Source: the human T2T-CHM13v2.0 reference genome, Homo sapiens. Taken from it: 64,000 nt of DNA. A program made the translations under genes and the position numbers. The stretch is taken from the NCBI RefSeq assembly GCF_009914755.1, contig NC_060929.1; one strand, given 5' to 3'. Position 1 is the stretch's first letter; each line of letters begins with the position of its first letter. A model generated the notes under the pieces. It made no database searches, had not been told where the DNA came from, and saw only the letters and a program-made list of their open reading frames with translations. Shown piece by piece: positions 52,646-64,000 of the stretch.

Positions 52646-53469
52646 TTGACTCTGTTTTCTCTGGGAGAACCCTGTGTTATTTCTATCTCCTGAATGGACC
52701 CACACTGACAAACTAATGAATTCTTTAAAAATATCCAGTCAAGGCTCTTCTGTTGATTCTCAATGTCCTTTATAATCCGGCTCCACCTTAACTATTGAAT
52801 TTGAGTAACAATCATCAGTGTCCCAGAACATTCCACAATCCCACACTCATTTCTCCTTGGCCTGTGCCCAAGTTTCCCTCACCACTCATGCCCTCCCATC
52901 ACTCCTCCTTCCATCCACACCCTAACTATCCTTCAAGGTGCAGCCCAAACTCCTCTTCCTTCCTGAAGTCTTCTTTGCCTCCTGTAGTCAACACCAATCT
53001 CTCTCTTCCTATAAAGCGTGCCTGTGTCACACAATTCAGTGCACAATTATATAATACCTTGTGTGGTTCTTTCTTTCAGTATTCATTGAGATTAAATTCT
53101 TATGTACCAGGCACTGTGCTCTGCACTTTTTCCCCCCAAGAGGACTTTTGGGTGGGAAACCTGATGAATGATGATGCTGATGATAGTTTCTGTTTCCTTA
53201 GTGTCAATGACTTTCTAGACATTTTTAATGTTAATTCTCATGATTTTGTAAGATAAATTAGTCTCCACATTTTATATATGAGAAAACTGAGGCTTGAGTG
53301 TCTTATCTATGGGCATGCGAGTAGAAAGTCTTTGGCAGAGCCAGAATTGAATTCAAGGTCAGCCTGAAAACCTCTTTTTACTAGATCATAGCTATCATTC
53401 ATGGAAATGTTTGAGATGGCAAGCTTACTCAGATCAACCATTAGAGAGAGTAAATATGAAAACTTCTTT

Positions 53470-54480
53470 TAATTTTAAATTTTAAAAATGTGGTAAAATA
53501 TGTACAACATTAAAATTACTATTTTTACTATTTTAAAATGCAGCCATCACCATCATTTATCGCTAGAACTTCTTACATCTTCCCAACTGAAACTCTGTAC
53601 CCATAAATAATAACTCCCTATTCCCCTCTGCCCCTAGTCCCAGACCACCATTCTACTTTCTGTGTCTATGAATTTGACTATTCTGGATACCTCATATAAG
53701 TGAAACCATAAAGTGTTTGTACTTTTGTTACTGGCTTTTTTCACTTAGCATAATGTCTTCAAGTTTCATCCATGTAATAGCATACGTGTTATAGCAGAAT
53801 TTCCTTCCTTTTTAAGATTGAATAATATTCCACTGTATTCCATAATTTGTTTACCTATTCATCTGTCAATAGACACTTGGATTGCTTCCACATTTTTGCT
53901 ATTGTGAATAATGCTCTTATGAGCATGAGTATATAAATATCTGTCTGAGTCCCTGCTTTCATTTTTGGGGGGTATATACCAAGTAGAGTTGCTGGATCAT
54001 ATGGTAATTCTATGTTAAAGTTTTTGAAGAATGGCCATACTTTATTCCATAGTGATTGTACCATTTAACATTCCCACTAGCAGTGCATGAGGGGTCCAGT
54101 TTCTTCTCCTCCTTGCCGACACTTGGTATTTCCTATTTTTGATAATAGCCATTCTCATGGGTGGGAAGTGATAGCTCACTGTGGTTTTGATTTGCATTTC
54201 CCTAATGATGAATGATGTTTAGCATTTTTTCATTTGCTTATTGGCAATTTATACATCTTCTTTGAATAAATGTTTACTCAATTCCTTTGCCCATTTTTTA
54301 ATCAGGTGGGTTTTTACAATTTAATAGACAAATAAAAGTTGTATATAATATTATGTACAACATGATGTTTTGAAATATACATATATTGTCAAATGGCTAG
54401 ATCAAGCTAATTCATACATGCATTACCTCACATACTTGTTTTCATGGTGACAACACAAAATCTACTCTCAGCAACTTTAA
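53470..54480 (-). mobile_element. L1MA/MB 3' regions (two adjacent fragments, junction ~54316)
   Basis: ccaccattctactttctgtgtctatgaatttgact...gctggatcatatggtaattctat...; second 3' end aatagacaaataaaagttgtat...gcattacctcacatact. Confidence 0.85.
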
Positions 54481-56591
54481 TGATTTAGTCATCTCTTCAG
54501 GGAGATTGTTCATCAAATACTCTATGTATGGGCCTGTGTGTTTCCCTAATAGTCATCATGTAATTAAAGATTTTTTATATTTCTGAGGAACCAAATGAGA
54601 TTAGCAAATTGGGAGTATGGTCTGTTATTCTTAGGTAAGACACCAAAAGATCAGGGTACTCCCTTTTCAGAAGGTGACCAGCAGGCATATGAGCAGGGCG
54701 AAAGAACATGTAATATGTGCAAAATATCTTTGGGCATCTGAAAATTATAGTTGTCAGGTGGTTTAGTATGTCTAGTAAATAACAGACAGAAGCCTTCCCA
54801 CTGAGCCTACCTTAACTGACAGAACCCATCTTATGATCTACTGTGGAAGCCCAGGGACGTCATAAAAGGAGTCAGAACACCTCTCCCTCTCTGCAGTAGG
54901 TGCTGTGTCATACCCAAAGCAGTGACTGGGAGTTTCTAGTAAACTTCTTTATCTTTAAAATCAAGAAATGTGGATGGTTCAGACATTTGAAAAAAGGAAA
55001 TTTTTACCTGCATAGTGCTAAAAATAGTTTAGGTGATTTCTGAATGCTGTTTAGCTTTGTCTCGAGGGAAAATGAACTCTGGCTCTGATTCTTCATGTCC
55101 ATAAGGGTTTGTCTTGCTGATTTTGGCAAGGTTATAAAAAAAAAATCCACTATGAGGGCTACATCACTTACATTCTCCAAATGAGGAAATGGAAGCAAGT
55201 GAAGTTAAGTAATTTGACCAAGGAAATGCAGCTAATAGTTGGAAAATCCAGGATGTGAACTGAAGCTTTCCTAACCACAACATAGATTGTCTCCATGAAG
55301 TGAGACTTATTTCAGAAAGCCTGGATTTACTAAATGCCACACTCACTTTAATTCCAGAGGTCACAGACGTTATTATCTCTACCTTATAGTGGAGGGAAAA
55401 GGCTTCGAGAAGCTCCTTGAATTGTCCAGGTCCACTCAGGTAGCCAGAGCAGGGGTAGGGCCTGGACTCATCTGTAAAACTCATTTCTAATCTGTAATCT
55501 CTTCTTAGATGGACTATCTCATGTAGGTCTTATGGTCCCAGGTAGAAACAAGTTTCATCTCAGAAGGATTACATGTTTTTCTTTGAATAGTAGCTAGAAC
55601 AGTGCTGGATCCAGGGGAAGAGCTTCGTGAAACACACGCTGGCCAAGGTGGACAGCTGTGAAGGAGCCTGTGATTCTGATACCCGGCATAAAGGTTTCTT
55701 CTGGAATTATGTTTCTGGTGTCTTGCTATGTTTCTTCATAGCTAGCCATAATGTAGCCTGTACAGAGAGAAGTCTTCTAGTTCTGTTTTTAGTAATCTCT
55801 TCCTCTCCCTGTAATTGGGTGAGGGGCACTTCTCTGGTGGCTTTTGCCTTCTTTCAATCCTCAAGGCTCTACTAAAGTAGACTGGCCCTGCAGGGTGTGC
55901 TATTCAGGACAGATATACTGAGGATGGAGAGAACCAAAAGGAGGCCTAACTTCAGATCGCATGAAGATGTGGAAGAGTTATTCTAGTCACTGGCTAGACC
56001 AGTGCTTTGGAATGATGTGTAGGTTTAATTTGTTATTCTATTCCACATTTACACAGAAGCAGAATAATTGACTTGGTATTAATTTTTTTCCCTTCAGTGG
56101 AAAAAACATGTAGAACCTCAAAGCTAAGTGGTATTTTCTTATAAAATGTTTTAACTCTATAAATGCTACTTTTATTCTACTCATAGGATTTTTAAAAATG
56201 GATCATTCCCTGGCTTTATAGCTCAGAGACATTATTCCTTGGGTTTAAAGTCTGTGATTTTTGGAAATATTATTGAATATAATAGCAATAAGAATAGCTA
56301 CCTTTCATTTTCTGCCTGTTTTGTTCCAAGGATTGTGCTAGCTGCTTTGTATATGTTAGTTTATATAATCCCAATAATACCGCTTTAGGATCTGTATAGT
56401 CACCTCTAATGTCAATTTGAATTATGCAAATTTGGCATGGTATTATATAAACATCAGGCACAAAATCAGAAATAAGGTGAATGCCCCCAAATCAAATTAA
56501 ATCAACAAGAATTTTAAAACACATGGGCCAAGAGAATTTTGTTTACTCTATTTCCACAGATATTACTTATTTAGCTGGTAATTAAAGTACA

Positions 56592-57397
56592 TGGCTGAGG
56601 ATGTGGAGAAAAGGGAACCCTCATGCACTGTTGGTGGAAATGTAAATTATAATACTACAACCACTATGGAGAATGGTTTGGAGGTTCCTCAAAAAAACTA
56701 AGAATAGTGCTATCATATGATCCAGCAATCCCACTGCTGGATATATCCAAAAGAAAGGACATCAGTATATCAAAGAGATACATGGACTCCCATGTTTGTT
56801 GCAGCACTGTTCACAATAGTTAAGATTTGGAAGCAACCTAAGTGTCCATCAACAGATGAATGCATAAAGAAAATGTGGTACTTACATGCAATGGAGTATT
56901 ATTCGGCCATAAAAAAGAATGTGATCCTGTCATTTGCAACAACATGGATGGAACTGGAGGTCATTACATTAAGTGAAATAAGCCAGGCACAAAAAGACAA
57001 ACATCACATGTTCTCACTTTTTTGTAGGATCTAAAAATCAAAACAATTAAACTCATGGACATAGAGAGTAGAAGGATAGTTACCAGAGGCAGGGAAGGAT
57101 AGTGGGAAGTAGGGTGGGAAGTGTGGTGGGGATGGTTAATGTGTATAAAAAAATAGAAAGAATGAATAACACCTAGTATTTGATAGCACAACAGGGTGAG
57201 TCTGGTTAATAATAATTTAATTGTACATTTTAAAATAACTAAAAGAGTGTAATTGGATTGCTTGTAATACAAAAGGTAAATGCTTGAGGAGATGGATACC
57301 CCATTTTACGTGTGATTATTACACATTTCATACCTGTTTCAAAATATCTCATGTACCCCATAAATATATACACCTATATACCCACAAAAAAATTAAA
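56592..57397 (+). mobile_element. L1MA2-like 3' end (ORF2 C-terminus + 3'UTR), 5'-truncated
   Basis: ORF 56717-57034 = L1 ORF2 C-terminus (MFVAALFTIVKIWKQPKCPS...EYYSAIKKN); TSD aattaaagtac / aactaaagtac. Confidence 0.92.
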
Positions 57398-58089
57398 AAC
57401 TAAAGTACCTGCCATCCTTCGTCAAGTTTAGCCTTGAATTCCATCAGCACTTGGGAATGCACTTCTTCCATAAAATGCTATTGTTTTGTATTGTGACCCC
57501 ACAGAGCACAGGACAGTGCATTCCTTGTGCATAGTGAGCCATCAGTAAATGACCATTTGATGGACTTGGACAGGGTAAAAGGGAAGTGTGGTCAGAAAGA
57601 AGCTGATTCATTTTTCATCTTTGGAATGTGAGCCAGACCACTCTCCTTTCATCCCTTCCTAGCTCATGAACACGGTTTGCATTTCCAGCTGAGGTTGCAT
57701 GATAAACTTGTGATGTCCAGCTGAGTATCACTAAGTGGTTTTAATTTTATCTTCTTAACCTTGCTCACACATTTCTTTCTTGCTTTCTTCCTCTCCCTCT
57801 GTCCCTCCTCCTCCTCCCCCCTTTCTCTTTCTTCCTTCCCCAAAATGACATGCATGAGGGTTTTTTGTACATAATGTTTCATTTTGAAATAATTATAGAT
57901 TCACAGGAAATTTTAAAAAAATAATACGGAGAGGTATCATGCACCCTTCACTCAGTTCCCCGCAATGGTAACATCTTAAATAGCTATAGTAGCACATGTG
58001 TTGTTTAAATGTAGTAGTAGCTAACTGAGTTTAAGTGCCCAGGAAAAATCTATATTGAAATGCAGTTACCTTCTCCTCTGGCCTAAAAC

Positions 58090-58576
58090 CAGGGCAGGTG
58101 TCATGAGTGTGCTACTAGTGTCATCAAGTTCCTGCAAGTAGAAGGATGCAATTAGCATCTTGAAATTTTTAGTGATTGTATCCTTGAATTTATGTTTTGT
58201 AAGTAAAGCGTGATGAAGCCTCCATTCATCTACCTGCCCGTTACATCCCTTTCTTCCTGGGACAGGGTCTTGGCCTCATGCTACTTGGCTTCCACCCAGT
58301 GACCAGCACTGCCCTCTGCCTCTGAAAGGGTGCTGGGTTTGGGTGCAGGAGTGTTTGGGTGGGGACAGTGCACCAGGTACTTGTGATGGTCTGCACTAGC
58401 CCAACAAACCTTGTGCTCTAAGAAGTACAACATTAAATAACACATACAAAACACTGTAACAAATCAAGACAGAGATGGTGGGCAGAAGAAAGGGGAAAGC
58501 TTTCAAACTGTATTTTGAACAAGCAGTCAACAGTTTCATTTTGCACTGGACCCCACACATTTCAGTGTCAGCCCTA
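58090..58576 (+). mobile_element. MER45-family hAT-Tip100 element
   Basis: cagggcaggtgtcatgagtgtg start; catcttgaaattt; tttcattttgcactggaccccac...cagcccta end. Confidence 0.7.
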
Positions 58577-58699
58577 CTTAAGGCTATTTTATAGCCCAGC
58601 CTCTTGCAAGAATCTTAGGCATAAAGATTACTGTTTATCAGGAAATAGGAAGCCTCAATAGAAGCACAGAGGAATACCTGTTTGTCAAAGTCTAAAATA

Positions 58700-59530
58700 A
58701 TTCCCACTAATGCCAGAAAAATCCTCCTAAAACGCATTCTTATTAAATCATGGACGGCTCTAAACCTGCAGTGCTCTTCACTTACAGAACGCAGTCCATG
58801 GCCAGAGCCTGGCTCTCAGGGACTCTCCATGAATAATCTACCCTCATCTTATCTTCTGAATTTCAGGTTTCACCAGACCTTGATTCAAATCCATGCTTGC
58901 TTCCAACTAAATACAGTTCCTGCTTTCCCAGTTCTGTGCTTTTGCTTAGGCCATTTTATTTTTCCTAAATGCCATTTTTACTCATTCTTTGGGGAGGAAC
59001 TGTCACTTCTCTCCTGAAGTTCCCAGACTGTGCCCACCTCACAGCATTCACACTGGTTTTCTCTGCCTATATTGCTCTTCCTCTAGGACTTGACTGACTA
59101 CAGTCGTCATCAGAGAGAAGGTCGCCTCTTCAAAGAGGTCTACCAGAATAGCTGCTCTAAGCTAAACTCCCTCCCATCCATTCCTGTTCTATTAATTGTA
59201 TTTATCATTTCTAAAATAAACTTTATATATTTAATTTTTTACTGGCATAATGACGATCTCTCCCTAACAGAACAGGGCCCCTTTTTGCCTTCACTTCTGT
59301 CTCCTGAGTACTTCAAATGGTGCCTAGCATATATTTATTGAATAAAGGAAAGGACTTTTCCCTCCTCCAAACACAGGATCATAGAGTATGTCATATTTTG
59401 CTTACATGTTCTCTCTCCTCTTAGATACTGTTAACTTCTTGAGTGGGGAGAATGATTCATTTTCATTCTTCACAATGCCTAGAAGAGAACTAGGTAGGCT
59501 TCAATAAGTCTTCCTGAATGAATATATGAA
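58700..59530 (-). mobile_element. L2 fragments
   Basis: gcattcacactggttttctctgcct...ggtgcctagca...tatttattgaataaaggaa. Confidence 0.6.
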
Positions 59531-61578
59531 AATAAATGGTGCTGACGAAGAGCTTTTTTTTTTCTCTTTCAGAACAACTGAACACAGCATTAAGCCACAG
59601 AGATCAAAACTAATTGCTGGAACAAAAAGCACATGCCATTAGCATTCACTGCATCTGTACCAAGGACGGCCTTGGAAAAGTGTGTAATTAACTAACGGCA
59701 TGCAGTATTCAGCATGACCTCTGCGCTCATCACAGTGCCATTCTGTTCAAGAAATTGGTTGTCTTTGTGGCCTGTGAGATGAAAAATTTCCCAAAATAGA
59801 GACCAGGGATGAGGTTTAGTTCTTACGGGGGAGATCAGAGAGAAAAGGCACCTTCTTTATAAGCACTGAGTATCTGTTATTCTTTTAGCAAAGTAATTTG
59901 TTTTTCATCATATATATTAATAAAATGGAGATACACACCTACAAATCATTTGGGGTATCTAGGAGGTATGAAGAAGGTAAAATGAGGCATTAATGTGGGA
60001 GTGGCAGGTTTCAGGTAGAAATGAGCTCATTAAATCAAAGTGGTGTATATTAAAAAAAAATAGAAGAGTGATCTGTTCTGGTTATTCTGGGCAAGGAGAA
60101 CATGAGACTTGCTGACCAGCTCAGCTGGGTTGAGATGAGGCTTCTTCAGTGTTTTGATAGAGCCTGGAGTCACAAAAGACCACACAGGCACTGGAGAAGA
60201 CAGCAACTATGCACAAGGCCAGGAGATTTGGAGGACAGAGAGAGGGGAAATGAGTGTTCTGAAACGTATTTGCACAACTCCCTTTTCCCTTACCCTAGAG
60301 AAGAGCGTCTCACTGGTCGACTCTGAGTTTCGTGGCTTCCCATGGGCATCCCTACTGTGCTGAAAACATGGTTGGCTCCTCTTTTTCCTTAACCACAAAG
60401 AACTTTTGTGATGGGAAGCCTCAGTGATGAGACCACCATGGTTTCATTCTTGTGGGGAGTTAGTGGGTTCAGAGAGGGCTTCTTGAGAGGGAGAGGCAGC
60501 GTGTGGCACACACAAAAAAACACAACCGTGCGAACTGGCAGAAATGAGAGTCATGCCGCAGATGCTAAAAAATGTCTGCTGGGGTCAGATACCTCCATAG
60601 GAAGCCCAGGTGGGCCGCAGGTGCTGACAGAGAAACGTGTGACACAGGTAGTGAACGATGGGTGAAGCAAGTGATTTTACGGCATCCTTGCAGGAAAGGT
60701 CCTGGATGGCTGATGTGTAGTCTTCTCTCCAGGAAAGAAATACCCATTATGTGATAGGGGCAGCATTGCTGGGCTTTGATGGACTTTCCCTCCTCCTCCT
60801 GGCCTTGTTTCTCTTTAGTTTTCCAACTGATATTTTGGACAGCTTTGGGCTGCAGTGACAGGAACATGGGAAGAGGCCAGAGCCTGAAATCTTGCATATA
60901 GGAATGCCTGGAATTGTAATCATGCCCCCTAACCTACACGGGGCATGAAAGAGGGGGGCAATAGTGTTCAGAGCAGTCTGACAAATAGTGCTGAGTGAGA
61001 AAGATATTACTTTTCTTCTCTCTTCCACTATGAAGAAAATCATTCTTATTTCTCGTAAAGAGGAAATTCTGTGTAGCCTGGAATTACCTCCCAAGCACAC
61101 TTTTTCCTTTCAAAGACATCCACTTTTGTGCTTACTGCCATCTTTGGCCTTGCTTCTCCACTGTATGGCAGTACAGAGCAGTCTGCCTTTAGACTAGTTC
61201 ATTTGGGAATCTGAGCTGGGTTTTTCCATTGGCTAGATGTTTCTGGCTAGTGAGTAAATTATTTATTTGTCACATCAGTCACCTAGTAAAGTAGCACTTG
61301 CTTTTTAAGACTGATAGCTTCAGTGTGCCAAATAGTACCCAGGGGTTCCAGCTCCTGCCAAACAAAGAATAGTTTAGGAGCAAAGGGAATCTGGCAGATC
61401 CGATCAGCCCTACCTCCAAAATTCATCTCTGGTATGTCTCCTTATTTCGGGTCTGTGCAGTCACTGCTATGATTGGACAGGCCACCTGTGTCTGGATTGC
61501 TGTGACTGCATCTCTACTGGCCTCCCAGTTCCACCCTTGGTCCTCCTCCAAGCTATTCTCTGCTCGACAGCCAGGCAT

Positions 61579-61820
61579 TGTATCTCTTTCCTATCACTGC
61601 TGTATTAAATTTGCCACCAATTTAGTGGCTTAAAACAACATAGTTCTCGAGGTCAGAAGTCTGCAAGTAGTTTCACTGGACTAAAACCAAGGTGGTGACA
61701 CGGGTGCACTCCTTTTGGAGGCTCTAGGAGACAATCCATTTCCTTACCCTTCCCAGCTCTAAGAGGCTGCCTCATTGCCTAGGCTCATCACCCTCGTTGC
61801 TTGCTTCAACCTCTGTCTGA
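61579..61820 (-). mobile_element. MLT1D-like LTR fragment within L2
   Basis: ttagtggcttaaaacaaca...gaggtcagaagtctg...tttcactggactaaaaccaaggtg...ggaggctctaggagacaatccatttcctt. Confidence 0.75.
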
Positions 61821-64000
61821 AGGAACCCTTAACTTGGCCACTTACATCCTAGAACTTCATAGCACATATCATACTCTGTAGTGGATTATCTATGTGTTTA
61901 TTATATCTCTCATTAAAATATAAACCCGATGAGAGCAGGCATCATTTTGTTCTGTTTACCAACAGTATTCCCAATGCCGGCCATGATACCTCGCAAATAT
62001 TTGGCATCCACCAAATATCTATGCATTGAAAAAGATAGCATGAGGATCTTAGGGAGGTCAGCATAAAGCATCTCTCTCTGCTTTACATGTCATTGGTTTC
62101 TGCATCCAAACTTGGCTATAAGAATCATAATTGGGTCAAATTGGCAGGAGTTTCCAGTTATAGAATCCACCATTTTTTTCAAAGAAGCCAATGTTAATCA
62201 TGTGACTGCTGGTAATTGGACTAGGACCTTTTATTACTTCATTCTCAAATGCCCTGGTGAATCAAGCATTCCAGCTCCCACTTAATGGAATATACTAGGG
62301 CTTGTGTTAAGTAACTTCTTAGATTTACAGTGCCAGCAAATAGTAGAGTGGACTCTGAATACAGGTTACATGATACCAAGTGCACACACTATAGGAGTAT
62401 ATACCCTTGAAGACATGAAAATACTGTTTAAATTTTTTGACATCCTGTTATTTCTTAGTAATTTTATGTGGCCCAATTATACAAATTCCATTTACATATA
62501 CTACAAAAGGGCTACTTTTATAGCTGTTTGTTATAGTCCCCTAATTTTATACTATCAGCTTCATAAAAATCAATTAATATCCTAAATGTTAAAGGCTAGT
62601 GTTTTCATTATTTTAGTCCTTAGATGTTTGTTTCAGGCTACTTGTCTTAGTAATCCTTAATTAAATTTTAGTTTTTATCTAAATTCAATCAAGCTTTTGA
62701 GTAATGATAACATTTTGATAACAGTGATATTAACAGCAATCAAATGGATCCTTTTTTTTTTTTTTTTTAATTCTAGGGAGAATGCCATTTAGGCCTTCTT
62801 TGTGAACCAGAAAAAGCTATGCCTAAGTTCTTCTTGTGAAAACTCAAGATACACAGTGCCAAGGGCTGTGTGTCCTATGAATCAGCAGGAAATTCTGGCT
62901 CCAATCCCATGTTGTAATATGGATTTCCTTTCATCTCAGGCAGCTTAATACTTTAGAAAAAGATCTCTAGAGGAAGATTTTTTCATAATTTCTTTATAAC
63001 AATTTTTTAAAAAAAATCCTTATTTTAATTCAGTTATTTTCTAGACTTTGTCATTTTATTTTTAATTTGTTCTTTGAAAAATTAAAGAATTTGTATACAC
63101 AGTCTACATAATAGTTCATAAAAACAAGTGAAAACGCTATTGAGTAAACATTGCCATTTAAACTATTGGCCTTTGACAATCAATTAGAAATAAAAAGCAC
63201 ATTATCTAAATTGATTAAAACTTTGATATCTATGGTATGCACACCTCAGAGACTGAGCTATAAGGAGGCAATTATAGAACTTCTATTTTTAGATCTTTGT
63301 CTCAAATATAATAATAAATTAAGCTTTATGAGTATTTCATATATAGCATGTCCCTGGCATTGTCATGTAGTTTGTATTTCAGAGAGTCACAAGTTAGGAA
63401 CTTGTACCTGAGGCCTCCATCTGCTGAAGGACAGAGTATGAGTCCCACAATATGAAGGTATTGTCTGTACAGCCACATGTTCACTTTCACCATTATTGCA
63501 ATGTTAGTGCCTTGTTAAGTGGATTAAGAAATTATATTACCTTATGTTTTTAAAATCCCTACAATACTTTCTACTGATATGGGACAGTGATCACAAAAAT
63601 GTTTTGCACAACACAGAGGTCTGATGGGTATGTTACAGGAATGTCAAACTTAAAGATGAATCACACACACATTGCTTTCTTTAATAATAATAATAATAAT
63701 AAACAATCAAACCTCACCTACCAAGTTTGCTGACCTTTTTCTGCGATAACAAGTAGCTATCCATAGTGTGCTACAGAGCAGACAGCTGAAAAAATAAGGA
63801 GACTTATATGCCCCTTCCAGGTAAAGGTCACATTTTAATAATGGATGAGAAAGGAACTGCTTTTGAAAGAAATTCATGTTATAAAAAAAAGTATTTTGGG
63901 AATATTTCAATCATTAATAATTTAGTTGGCATAAATAGTGGGTTTCACCTATAAAAACATATTTCTACACACTTAAAGAGCTTGAAATTCTCAAATGTTT

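Larger units (their letters stand above)
51445..52672 (+). mobile_element. MLT2D-like ERVL LTR, split by an L1 and by MER8 elements
   Basis: ttaacttggctac...tttggtcaaacacc...tgttgctgtgaagg; continues gtatttttagatgtgattaac...gattacccttcataat; ends ctctgggagaaccct. Confidence 0.8.
51150..52712 (+). mobile_element. ERVL LTR (LTR33-like) hosting a nested insertion cluster
   Basis: acttctcagctccaaattcac...ctttatattaaacttcc, resuming gtgttatttctatctcctgaatggaccc after the MLT2 end. Confidence 0.45.

Noticed and set aside
55385-55472. Minus-strand peptide PYPCSGYLSG...LHYK resembling a PH start
   Set aside because: Too short and lacks the W/R-W-F-x-L strand; far weaker than the real exons
56717-57034. 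105-aa ORF
   Set aside because: L1 ORF2 C-terminal remnant in a 5'-truncated element
62136-62189. Minus-strand GFFEKNGGFYNWK motif resembling PH strand 1
   Set aside because: Followed by a stop, with no YY strand and no phase-0 donor; likely chance
63718-63785. 68-nt minus-strand segment with acceptor and gtgagg donor
   Set aside because: No frame gives a convincing PH/PDZ peptide; cannot be supported without RNA data

Overview
Primate (most likely human) genomic DNA, AT-rich and roughly half interspersed repeats (Alu, L1, L2, MIR, MaLR/ERVL/ERV1 LTRs, hAT/Tigger/piggyBac MITEs). Read as given, none of the supplied ORFs is a real gene. The main hidden feature is the 3' end of a decayed multi-exon gene on the minus strand. 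Five GT-AG exons (43998-43841, 42046-42004, 40125-39937, 28804-28669, 26816-~26703) splice into the C-terminal part of one PH domain plus a complete second PH domain. The first two exons are intact; the last three carry two frameshifts and three in-frame stops. From memory the peptide matches PDZPH1P (PDZ and pleckstrin homology domains 1, a human pseudogene; mouse Pdzph1 is coding), but no search was run. Other notable structures are a 68-bp locally templated insertion, a likely L1 3' transduction, a MITE nested in an inverted copy of itself, an internally deleted MST provirus, an L1 inversion, a MER85 element and a few candidate regulatory motifs. I found no CRISPR array, no tRNA/rRNA and no evidence for a wholly new biological system. 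Repeat subfamily names are by-eye recollections of consensus sequences and most repeat boundaries are approximate.
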